A program made the translations under genes and the position numbers. DNA of 64,000 bases from Mobula birostris (Eukaryota): NCBI RefSeq assembly GCF_030028105.1, contig NC_092379.1:20871309-20935308 (forward strand), read 5' to 3'. Of the stretch, positions 13,750 to 25,300 are shown in pieces. Under the pieces are notes generated by a model. The model was given only the letters and a program-made list of their open reading frames with translations, was not told where the DNA came from and ran no database searches. Every line of letters starts with the position of its first letter. The stretch's first letter is position 1.

Positions 13750-14591
13750 ATATAAAAGTTGCTGGTGAATGCAGCAGGCCAGGCAGCATCTCTAAGAAGA
13801 GATACAGTCGAGATTTCGGGCCGAGACCCTTCGTCAGGACTAACTGAAAGAAGAGCTAGTAAGAGATACTGTGTCCGGTGCTCCCGATGCGGCCTTCTAT
13901 ATATTGGTGAGACCCGACGCAGACTGGGAGATCGCTTCACTGAACACCTACACTCTGTCCACCAGGGATAGCAAGATCTCCCAGTAGCCACATGTTTTAA
14001 TTCTATGTCCCATTCCCATTCTGATATGTCTATCCACGGTCTCCTCTACTGTAAAGATGAACCCACACTCAGGTTGGAGGAAAAACACCTTATATTCCGT
14101 CTGGGTAGCCTCCAACCTGATGGCATGAGCATTGACTTCTCAAACTTCCACTAATGCCCCACTTCCCCCTCGAACGCATCCGTTATTTATTTATTTATAT
14201 GCACACATTCTTTTTCTCTCTCTCCTTTTTCTCTCTCTGTCCCTTTCACTATACCCCTTGCCCATCGTCTGGGTGTTCCCCCTCCCCCTTTTCTTTCTCC
14301 CTAGGCCTCCTGTCCCAAGATCCTCTCATATCCCTTTTGCCAATCAACTGTCCAGCTCTTGGCTTCATCCCTTCCCTTCCTGTCTTCTCCTATCATTTCG
14401 GATCTCCCCCTCCCCCTCCCACTTTCAAATCTCTTACTAGCTCTTCTTTCAGTTAGTTCTGATGAAGGATCTCGGCCTGAAACGTCGACAGTACGTCTTC
14501 CTAGAGATGCTGCCTGGCCTGCCGTGTTCACCAGCAACTTTTATGTGTGTTACTTGAAATTCCAGCATCTGCAGATTTCCTCGTGTTTGCG
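13750..14591 (+). mobile_element. Penelope-like element 3' fragment (GIY-YIG end) with an inverted terminal copy
   Basis: YCVRCSRCGLLYIGETRRRLGDRFTEH...LGSLQPDGMSIDFSNF. 13750-13862 is the inverted copy of about 14430-14545. 14-bp TSD aaccttcaaaattt at 13736-13749 and 14592-14605. Confidence 0.92.
14456..14489 (+). ncRNA. Minimal type I hammerhead ribozyme motif in a Penelope pLTR
   Basis: CTGATGA (14459), stem II AGG/CCT, GAAA, then ACGT palindrome and GTC cleavage triplet; stem I only 3 bp. Confidence 0.6.
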
Positions 14592-15395
14592 AACCTTCAA
14601 AATTTTACAGCTTTGCTGAAACATCCACTTTAATTTTGTGAACCAAATGGACCTTTCTGAAAATTTTCATGCGATTCAACCTCCGCACCACTTTAAAAAA
14701 TACTCGACCGATGGTAGAGTGTGTCGCATGACGGCTCCGCGCACAAACCAATGGGTGGGAACATGTGGACCTCCAAGCAACCAATAGTGACAGGCGGTCT
14801 GCATGTTTCTCTAATCCGGTGAAAGATGGGTGGGAGGACCATGGGACCTTTTAACCAATGGCGGCAAGGATAGAAACGGGAAGGTGGGACGTCTGATTCA
14901 TTAACCTGCCTGATTTTTACTTATGTTAATTCCCTTCTCATAATTCTTCTTTCGGCAAATATATACTATCAATTACTCCAAAAAACTAGAGTAAATACTG
15001 AAAGGTTTTTATTAACATTAAAATGGATCCATGTCCATGCTGTATGTCTGTCCTGGACTGTGGGAGGAGCAGTGACACAATCGCCTTTATTCAGGGGTCT
15101 GTGGGAGGAGCCACAGGAACAGTCAGCAGAGAGGTTTGTCCAGGCATATCCAGACAGGTCACCCAGTTACAATCTATATACATGGTACCACATTCACCCC
15201 TCCTTTTTAAAAAAAAAGAGTCCTGCAGGGTGTAGTGACTGACAATATTTTAAAAAAGCATATTTACAGGTCAAGTCTGTCAGGCGGTCGAGTCCGTCGC
15301 TGTGATCTACGTAGCACCGGTGATGATTGCACTGGCAATGGCGGTTGTGCTGGCTCCGGCCTGACTTGAGGTGTCAGCACGTTAGGCATCAGTAA

Positions 15396-18200
15396 TCACT
15401 CGTGCGTGTGTGTCGCACCCGGTATGGGAGTGTTGTGTGGTATCTTTGTGGGGCTTGGAGTGCGCGGTGTCTGGTGGGTACAGATATCAGTGGATACGGG
15501 GTTAATAGTCACCACGGAGTGTTCAGGGTCGGGGCCCGGTGTTCCTGTGGGCACCAGGTCGCAGATGGAGACCGTGTCCTCCTGCCCATCAGGTAAAACC
15601 ACATAGGCATACTGGGGCTTCGCATGAAGTACGTGAGCCCTCTCAACCATCGGGGAGTATTTATTGCTCCTCGCATGTTTCCGGAGCAGCACTGGCCCCG
15701 GAGACGTCAGCCAAGTTGGTAGGGTGATCCCGGTGGTCGACTTCTTGGGAAAAGAAAAGAGCCGCTCATGAGGGGTGGCATTGGTGGACGTGCATAACAG
15801 GGAGCGGATGGAGTGGAGTGCCTCGGGAAGGACCTCCTGCCAGCGGGAGACCGGCAGTCCCTTTGACCTGAGGGCTACGAGTGTGGCTTTCCACACCGTG
15901 GCATTCATCTTCTCCACCCGTCCATTCCTCCGGGGATTACAGCTCGTGGTCCTACTAGTTGCAATTCCCCTAGCCAGCAGGTATTGGCGCAGCTCGTCAC
16001 TCATAAACGAGGACCCCCTGTCACTGTGGATACAGCACGGGTATCCGAACAGAGTGAAGAGCTTGCACAGGGCTTTTATAACTGACTTGGTAGTGGTGTC
16101 GGGCCAGGGGATGGTGAAGGGGAACCGTGAGTGCTCGTTGATTATGTTAAGAAAGTACACATTGCGGTCGGTGGAGGGAAGGGGGCCCTTGAAGTCAACA
16201 CTCAGTTTCTCAAAGGGGTGGGTGGCCTTGAATTAGTTGTGCCTTTTCGGGTCGGTAGAAGTGCGGTTTGCACTCTGTGCAGACTTGGCAGTGCCTGGTC
16301 ATCGTCCTGATCTCTTTAAGGACGTAAGGCGGGTTCTGGCCTTTCACAAAGTGGAAAAGCCGGGTGACCCCTGGGTGGCAAAGATCTGTATGTAGGGCAT
16401 ATAGCCGGTCGATCTGCACGCTGGCGCACGTTCCCTAAGATAGGGCATGGGAGGGCTCGTTAAGCTTCCCAGGCTGGTAAATGATGTCATAGTTGTAGGT
16501 GGAGAGTTCGATTCTCTACCTCAGAATTTTATCATTTTTGATTTTGCCCCGCTGTTGGTTACTAAACATGAATGTGACTGAGCGCTGGTCAGTCAGCAGG
16601 GTGAACTTTTTGCCGAAAAGATAGTGCCTCCAGTGCCTAATAGCTTCCACTATGGCCTGGGCCTCTTCCTCCACCGCGGAGTGCCAAATTTCAGGGCTTT
16701 GAAGGGTACAGCAGAAGAACATAACCAGTCTTCCCGCCTGGTTGAGGGTAGCAGCCAGCGCGAAGTCAGAGGCGTCACTCTCTACTTGGAAGGGAATGGC
16801 CTCATCCGCCGCATGCATTGCTGCTTTGACAATGTCCCCTTTAATGCAGCTGAAGGCTGCGGGGGCCTCGGCTGAGGGGGGAAATGTGGTGGACTTGACT
16901 GGGGGCAGACCTTGTCTGCGTAGTTAGAGACCCATTGGGCATAATATGAAAAGAAGCCCAGGCACCTTTCGAGGGCTCTGAGGGTGTTGGGAAGAGGGAG
17001 TTCCAACAGGGGGCGCATACGGTCGGGGTCAGGGCCAATGACTCCATTCTCCACGACACACCCAAGGGTAGCAAGTTGGGTGGTCCCAAATACACACTTG
17101 TCCTTGTTATAGGTGAGATTGAAAACTTTGGCTGCTTGGAGAAATTTTTGGAGGTTGTTGTCGTGATTCTGCTGGTCATGACTGCAGATGGTGATGTTAT
17201 CCAGGTATGGGAATGTGGCCTTCAGTTGGCACTGGTCCACCATCCAGTCCATTTCCCTCTGGAAGACAGATACACCATTCATGACACCGAAAGGGATGCA
17301 CAGGAAGTGATAAAGCCTGCCGTCCGCCTCGAAGGCGGTGTAAGGGCGGTCCTCCCGGCGGATGGGGAGCTGGTGGTAAGCGGATTTTAGGTCTATGGTC
17401 GAGTACACCTTGTACTGTGCTATCTGATTGACCATATCCGTGATGCGGGGTAGAGGGTACGTGTCGAGCTGCGTGAACCTATTGATGGTCTGGCTATAGT
17501 CCTCGACCATCCTATTTTTCTCCCAGTTCTGAACAACGACCACCTGCGCCCTCCAAGGACTTGTGCTTGCCTCAATGACCCCCTCCTTGAGCAGCCGCTG
17601 CACCTCCGACTTAATGAAGGCTCTGTCCCCCGCGCTGTACCTCCTGCTTTTAGTTGCCACAGGTTTACAGTCGGGGGTCAGGTTGGCGAACAGCGGTGGG
17701 GGAGTGATCTTGAGGGTGGAGAGGCCGCAACTGGTGTCCGTAGTGCAGCTGTTGGCATGGTGTTGGGTGGGATGTGCGGGTCAGTGTGTCGGGGTGGTCA
17801 GTAGCGGGGTATGTGACGTATCCCTACAAAACTGAGGATTTCCAACAGTGATTGGTGGGAGGGGCCCATCATACTCCATTGTCACGCTTTTCAGGTGTAT
17901 CTGGAAGTCGAGCCCTAATAGCACAGGGGCACACATTTGATGCATAACCAGTAATGTAAAGTCTGGATAATCTGTGCCCTGCACCACTAGCATCGCTACA
18001 CAACCCCACCGGATGTCTGTTGTTTGCGACCTGGAAGCCATGGCGACCGTCTGGCTTACCGGCCGTATCGCAAGTTCGCAATGCTGCACCGTGTCCAGGT
18101 GGATAAAACTCTACGTGCTGCCCGTGTCAAACAGGCAGCTTGTCCTGAGCCCCTCCACCAGGATGTCCATCATTGACCTTGTGAACTGGTGGGGAGCGCT
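15396..18200 (-). pseudogene. Gypsy pol (protease, RT, RNase H, integrase), frameshifted
   Basis: LFDTGST protease; YSTIDLKSAYHQL and YLDNI (RT); ESDASDFALAA (RH); IHSDRGSSF and GRVEKMN (integrase). Confidence 0.92.
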
Positions 18201-18479
18201 TTGGTCGAGGGTCACGGAGGCCAGAGTTGAGTCGCTGACTTGGTCCGGCGCGGTGGGGTGCCTGGTGAACACCCGTGGGTCATAGGCAGTGCAAAATGGT
18301 GCCAGCCAAGATGGCCACTCCCATGTCTCGCACATGGTGGCGGTGTGCAGGCGAGATGGCGACGGCCAAGATGGCGACCACCATGCCTCGCACACGGCGC
18401 TGCTCGATCCCGCTCGCGGTTTGGACTTACAGGCCTTGGCGAAGTGGCCCTTCTTTCCACAGCTGGAGCAGGCACCTTC

Positions 18480-19154
18480 TCAGGCCAGGCAGCGTTTCCA
18501 GGGGTGCTTCTCGAGTCCGCAAAAGTAGCACTTCACGGACTCGCGACTGGCAGCAGCCGTGGTCGATTCGCCGGCAGGTTGGGGAATCTGTGGCGTCCAC
18601 AAGGCCGTCGGGAGATCGCGTGCCCGGAGAGCGTCAGAGTTGTGCAGAGCAGCATCCAGCGTGTCGGCCAGCTCAATCGCCGAACGTAAGGGAAGATCGG
18701 CGTGTTCCAGCAGCCACTGGCGCACATACACTGACCTGGTCCCCGTGACGAAGGAATCTCTTACTAGGAGCTCCGCATGCTGTTCGGCCGTCAGCCCCCG
18801 GCAATCGCAGGCCCACACGAGTGTCTGTAGGGCCTGGACGAACTCAGCGCTTGACTCTCCGGGCCACTGCTGCCGCGTCGCTAAGCAATGTCGCGCATAG
18901 ACTGTGTTTACCAGCCGCAGGTATTGTCTTCCGAGGGCGCTCATCGCGCCGTTGTAGCTCGGCTGGTCTCTAATCATTGGGTAGACCCATGGACTGACCC
19001 TGGAGAGGAGAACTCTGCGCTTTGCGGCAGACTCAGTCACTTCAATCTCCTCCAGGTATGATCTGAAACAGGCTAGCCAGAGTTGGAAAGTGTTTCCGGC
19101 TTCAGGTGTTTGCAGGTCGAGGTCTAACTTGTCAGGCCTCAGGACGTGTTCCAT
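18480..19154 (-). CDS. Gypsy gag (premature stop between two Cys knuckles)
   Basis: 224-aa ORF MEHVLRPDKLDLD...CYFCGLEKHPWKRC; a second knuckle (CSSCGKKGHFAKAC) follows the stop. Confidence 0.85.
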   Translation of the reverse strand: MEHVLRPDKLDLDLQTPEAGNTFQLWLACFRSYLEEIEVTESAAKRRVLLSRVSPWVYPMIRDQPSYNGAMSALGRQYLRLVNTVYARHCLATRQQWPGESSAEFVQALQTLVWACDCRGLTAEQHAELLVRDSFVTGTRSVYVRQWLLEHADLPLRSAIELADTLDAALHNSDALRARDLPTALWTPQIPQPAGESTTAAASRESVKCYFCGLEKHPWKRCLA

Positions 19155-19427
19155 GCCTTAAAGTTACTGTTAATAAAATTGATGCACTATAAATTACTCC
19201 AAAAGACTGGAAGTTGAGTAAGTACTGAAAGGCTTTCATTAACAGTAAAATGGATCTACGTCCATGCTGTATGTTTGTCCTGGACTGTGGGAGGAGCAGT
19301 GACACAATCTCCTTTATTCAGGGGTCTGTGGGAGGAGCCACAGGAGTGGTCAGCAGAGGGGTGTGTCCAGGCATGTCCAGACAGGTAATCCAGTTACAAC
19401 CTATACACATGGTTTACCACACAGCAA

Positions 19428-20944
19428 TCATTTGGATATTGCCCTCGGATGAGATTGAAAGGAATAATTCTCAGTCTGTCTCTGTGGGAATGCCCCCAAA
19501 TGCAGTATTGTGCAAAAATATACCTGGATCAGATTTTGGAGAGCCACATATTCACAAAGTCAGGGATATTCCCAGTGCCTAGAACACAGGGTGCAGAGCA
19601 GGAAGTGAGGAAGGTGGCACCGATTGGGATATTAGTCTGGCATCCTGGCCTTGGAGAGTCTCTCCCTCTTACACTGTGACCTCTCTCTCCTTGCCCTTCC
19701 TGCTTCTCTCTCTCTCCTTCCACCTTCCCTCAACTTGCTTCAAACTTTTCAAACCTCCAATCTGCTGCCTATATCTCCCTCCCACCCCACAGAGCACAGG
19801 GTCAGATGCTGGCTCTGACAAGTTGCCTGCACTTTGTACAAACAGACTGTCAGAGCCATTAGCAGAGAGAGAGGCAGAGACACAAACAGGAAGCAGAAGG
19901 CAATGCTGTTACTGTGAGCAGTGAAGGGTGTAAGATATGCTGGAGGACTGGCAGCACGAAATCAGGGAGGGAAAGAAGGAGTGGGCAGGTCAGTGTCGGG
20001 AGCCGACATTTCCAGAGGGGAGCAGAGGCCAGTGACAAGGTAAGGTCCTCAGTTGTTGCACATCCTGGCTTTCTAGTTGGCTGGAGCGTGAGACTGGTTC
20101 CTGAGCGAAACATTTGGAATCAAGAAGCTGAGTTTGTGACGTACAGTTTGTGACGTGATGTTTAAAGTCAGTTCATTAAACATGTTACTGTGACTTGTTT
20201 CTTAATTAATTTTTAATTAAATTTGGAGCTGGTCCCAAGTCATCTCCTTTTCCTGCAATAATGCCCCCAGTATCTGTTTCAGTGCCATGCACCCTCATGA
20301 CCTGCTCTGCACTCCAGGTTATGGGCACAGGGAAACTCCTACAACCTGTGATTTTGGATGCAGTTTCTAAAATCTGCTCCTTATATATTTTCCCATTTGA
20401 CTGAACATGGTGCATTCCTGAGATGTGGGGTTTGGAATCTGATTCCCAGATTCTTCCAAATAACTTGATTTTAAATTGTCCCTACATGGGAATCACAACC
20501 TTCCTGAAGATCAATTGTGTATTCCCAAGCTCTGTTGTATTCCCTCATGAACAAAGTTGAGAATTAACCACAATTTCTGGTTCTGTGGAGGGGTATTTTT
20601 CCCATTGTCTGGTCCTTCATAGTTTTCCCCAATGTCTATTCCTGGAGTGTATTCCTTCAATATCTGGTCCTGTGTGCCTTCCTGCAATGTCTGTTTCTTG
20701 GACTTACTCTGCTCAAATCAGGTGCTGGTGCCCATCATCTAAATAGCTGTTCTGTTCTATTCTTGGTTTGCATTGATTAGTAACTGTTTAATGTTTTCTA
20801 CTCCTAATGTGTTCACCCCAGTATCTGTTGTATTTTCCTGCATTGACATATTTTTTCAGAATGCTCTCTCCTGCTGACATCACATTAAAACATGAACATG
20901 GTCGATCTCCAGTTCTGAGTCACCTGTACTTGTACCAACAGCTC
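19428..20944. repeat. Right arm of the inverted segmental duplication (partner 1-1538)
   Basis: Reverse complement of 1-1538; begins 6 bp outside the Gypsy 5' LTR. Confidence 0.95.
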
Positions 20945-21959
20945 CACACTCTCTGATGGGGGATGCTGCAGGATGCACAAGGTTTCCTTCAGCTAAACAC
21001 CGAGCAGGCCAAAGCCTTTGGTCCCCACAGTGAGTTCTGTTCCAGGGCACTGATGCTGTTAAGTCACTTTTCTGTGATGTGAGAACAGAAATTCAGGCTG
21101 ATTTGGCTGTTCACTGTAGTACAGAGGGACAGAGGTGCTGCCTTTCAGCTGAGATATTGAACGGAGATTGTACCCCAAATTTTCATAAGGTTTGGAGTGT
21201 GGAGAATTAGGATAATGTGTTGAAATACAGATTGAGACACTCACTATGAAACATTCCATCAATATCTTGTTCTGGGATGTGTAACAGGGTTCTGAGAAAC
21301 TCTTCCAATGAGCTTCTGTGTTTTCCTAAACTCTGCAGCACCCTAGTATTCCCACTGTGGGAAATCCATTATGAACATGAGCAGAACATGTGGGGTTACA
21401 CTCATATATCACAGGCTGGATATCTTTCCGATATTTGTCCCGAATGCATTAACCACTTGTTGTACTTGGACACAGGTGAAGTCAGTGCAGTGATGAGGGA
21501 ACTAAGATGGGCTGAATGGCTTCCTTCAGTTTTATCAACTCCAGTCACTTCATTTTCTGCTTTTCTTTGTTTTTAATGAATACAATTTCAAATCATGACA
21601 TGATATAAACTCCAGTGGAAAACTGAAAGCAAAGCTACAGGCAATGATTTCCACAACATCTGATTTACGAAATTCGACAAAACATTCTCCACCACATTCT
21701 CCCTCTCCATGTCAACTTCTTGCTCCATAACAATAATAACCACTTCCTCAACTCCCTCTTCTCCATCACTAAACACACCTCCATTCCCCTGCTCCCCATT
21801 CCCAAGCCTTAACCCTGCCTTCCTCTCCCCTCCTGTAAACCCCCTCCAGTGTCACATATCCTGCCATTTTCCCAATGTATCATCCACCGCTGTCCCTCCG
21901 CCCACCGAACCGGCTCTGTGCCCCCATTTCCCATCTGGCATCCCCGGTACATTTAGAGG

Positions 21960-22102
21960 TTTATTTTCTGAAATGAGCAGTTGCAGTGCAGTAGCCTCGG
22001 ATTGCTGAGTGAGTGAGATGGAGACTCCATTTCCAAACATCGCAGCCACACGGGGATCTCTTGACTGAATGTGGGGCGTGTGTCTGCTGGTCACTGCTGA
22101 AC
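21960..22102 (-). CDS. Probable Ig heavy-chain TM2 (terminal) exon: VQQ-stop + 3' UTR + AATAAA
   Basis: Acceptor ctctcctgtctatatttcag|GTT CAG CAG TGA (22102-22091) in phase 0, matching the TM1 donor; AATAAA at 21965-21960; sits in non-repetitive DNA. Confidence 0.65.
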
Positions 22103-22334
22103 CTGAAATATAGACAGGAGAGTGTGATATTGTGTGTGACAAGGTGCAGCACAGACATTAACCTGTGAGGACAGGTGAACTAAATAACAGACGGTCTGTC
22201 CTCATTCCAGGAGATGGAACCCCATGAAGAGGCGTCTGTCAGTATCTCCAAGATCAACCTGAATCAAGAATCTGAATCCCAGTTCAGAACGTCAGGGTGA
22301 TCCACAGTTGGGCGAATGTTTTAGTTCCTGAGTA

Positions 22335-25300
22335 AAACCATAAGATAAGAGATTGGAGCAGAATTAGGCCATTTGGCCCGTCAAGTCTGCTCTAGCATTT
22401 CATCATGACTGATCCATTTTCCTCTCAGCCCCATTCACCTGCCTTTTCCCAGTATCCCTTCATGTCCTGACTAATCAAGAATCTTCCACCCTCTTCCTTA
22501 AATATACCCAATGACTTGCCCATGGCAACAAATTACACAGATTCACCCGTCTCTGGCAAAAGAAATCCCTCATCATGTCTGTTCTAAATGGACGACCCTC
22601 TAGTTGGAGGCTGTGTCCTCTGGTCCTAGACTCTCCCACCAGAGGAAACATTCTCTTCCCATCCACTCCGTTGAGGAAATTCAACAGTCCATAGGTTTCA
22701 ATGAGATACCCCCTTCATTCTTGTGAATGCCGGTGAATACGGACCTGAGCCATCAAACACTTTTCATATGATAAGCCTTTCAATCCCGGAATCATTTTGT
22801 TAAACTCCTTTGAACCTTCATCAATGTTGGCATATCCTTTCTTAGATAAGGTGCCCAAAACTGTTCACCATACTACAAGTGAGACCTCACCAGTGCCTTA
22901 GAAATACTTAACATTACATCCTTGCTATCATATTTTAGTCCTTTCGAAATGAACTCAAACATTGCATTTGCCTTCCTCACCACAGACTCAACTTGCAGAT
23001 TAACCTGAATGGAGTCCTGCACAAGGACTCCCAAGGCCATTTGCACCTCAGGTTTTTGAATTTTCTCTCCATTTAGAAAGTAGTCTATGCTTTTATTTCT
23101 TCCCCCAAAGTGTATGACCTTTCACTTCCCAACACTTTATCATATCTGCCACTCCATTGCCCATTCTCCAAATCTGTAAGTATTTCTGTAGCCTCTCTCA
23201 GTATCATCCACAAACTTGGCCCTAAAAGCCATCAATTTTGTATTCCAAATCACTGACATTTTACATGATAAGATGCGGTCCCAAAACAGCAGCTAACCAG
23301 AAAAAGCTCCCTTTATTCCTACTCTTTGCCTCCTACCGATCAGAGAATGATCTATTCATGCTAGTATCTCTCCTGTAGCACCATAGGCTGTTTGGCAATA
23401 CACACACAATGCTGGAGGAGTTCAGGAGGTCTGGTAGCATCTATGAAAAAGAGTAAACTGTCAAAGTTTCAGACGGATGAAGGGTCTTGGCCTGAATCAT
23501 TGTTTGTTTACTCTTTTCCATAGATACTGCCTGGTGTTATCCCGCCTTTAGAATATTTCTTCTTTGGGATGCATCTATAATGTGCCTTTCAAATAGCTCC
23601 CAGGATCTCCAAATATTTCTGCTCTGCCATCATCCCTGAAAGTGTCCCCTTCCAATCAATTTTGGCCAGACCCTCTCTCATACCTCTGTAATTCCCTTTA
23701 TTCCACTGTAATATTGACTTTACAATCTCCTTTTCAAATTAATTGCAGGGTGAATTACATCATATTATGATCGCTGGCTCCCAAGCATTCCCGTACCATA
23801 AACTCTCCACTCTATTCTGGTTCATTGCACCACACCCAATCCAGAATAGCTAATCGCCGAGTGGGCTCATTCAGCACCCACTCTAAAAAAAAACTCGTAG
23901 GCATTCTACAAATTCTTTCTCTTGGGATGCAGCACCAAAATAATTTACTACAGCACAGGCCATTTGGCCTGTATCGTTGTGACAAAACAGCTATAAAGCA
24001 AATCAAAAGCACCCAAACACCAATTCCTCCCACCCACACCATGTCAATATCCCCCATTCTTCCCTACATCCACTTGCCTATCCAAACATCTCTAATGTAT
24101 TTGCCTCTACCACCACACTAGGCAACACATTCCAGCCATCCTCCAGTCTCTGAGTATAAAACTAACCTCTCACATTCCCTTGAACCTACCCCCTCTCACC
24201 TAAAATTTATTCCCTCTGGTAATGCACATTTCAACCCTGTGAAACAGATTCTCTCTGTCCACTCTATCTTTGTCTCTCATAATCTTGCAAACCTCTGTAA
24301 GATCCCTCCCACAGCCTCCAACACTCCAGAGAAAACAACCCAAATTTTATGGCCTTTCCTGATTGCATTTTCCCTCAAAACCAGGCAGCATCCTGGCAAA
24401 CCTCTTCTACACCCTCTCCAAAGCCTCAACATCCTTCCAACAGTGGTACAACCAGAACTGTATGCAGTACTTCAGGGTGGGCTAACCTGAGTTTTATAAA
24501 AGTTGCAACATAACCTCCTAACTTTTGAACTCAATGCCTCGAATATTAAAAGCGAGTATTCCTTCAATCTTGTTAACCATCTTATTGACCTGTGTAGCCA
24601 CTTTCAAGGAGTATGAAGTTGGACCCCAAGATTTCTCTGCTCAACAACACTGTAAAAGACCTTGCTCTTAAAAGTGTACTGTCTCTTTTCATTTGCCCTC
24701 CCGGGGAGCAACACCTCACATTTATCTGGATTAGACTCCATTGGCCATTTCTCAGTCTATATCTGCAGCTGATCAATGTTGTGTTGTATTCTTTGCCAGT
24801 CTGCTACACTGACCACAACTCCATCATTCTCGGTACCATTCACAAGTTTACTAACCCACCCATCTGCATTTTCATCCAGATCATTTATATACATTACAGA
24901 CAGCAGAAGTCCCAGCACAGATACCTATGGAACTCCACTAATTACAGACCTCCAGCTTGAACAAGTCCCCTAAACCATTACCCTCTGTCTTCTATTCACA
25001 AGCCAGTTCTGTATCCAACAGCAAATTTGCTACGGATCCCATGTATGTTAATCTTCTGGATTATCCTCCCATGGGGGACTTTGTCAAATGCCTTCCTAAA
25101 ATCCATGTAGACAACAACCACTGCCCGACCCTCATCAATCTGTCTTGTCACCTTGTCAAAAAACTCTATCAAGTTGGTAAGGCACAACCTACCACGCTTA
25201 AAGCCATGCTGACTTGCCCCAATTAGGCCATGGGTTTCCAAATGCTCAGATATCCTATCCTTATGATTTTTATTGGGCAATTTCCCTTCAACTGAAGTGA

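Larger units (their letters stand above)
13630..14958. repeat. Dispersed CCAAT-rich element (interrupted by the Penelope insertion), inverted partner at 34418-34890
   Basis: Reverse complement aligns with 34418-34890 on both sides of the Penelope insertion; three CCAAT boxes in 14745-14860. Confidence 0.75.
14959..19421 (-). mobile_element. Near-full-length Gypsy LTR retrotransposon with two LTRs (19180-19421 and about 14959-15192)
   Basis: gag-PR-RT-RH-IN order on the minus strand; PPT aaaaggaggggtgaa abuts the 3' LTR at 15193; LTRs about 88% identical by eye. Confidence 0.95.

Noticed and set aside
21026-21065. CACAGTG as an RSS heptamer
   Set aside because: No nonamer at either spacing; expected by chance.
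23470-23505. Additional hammerhead motif
   Set aside because: The CTGANGA and GAAAC cores are both mutated.
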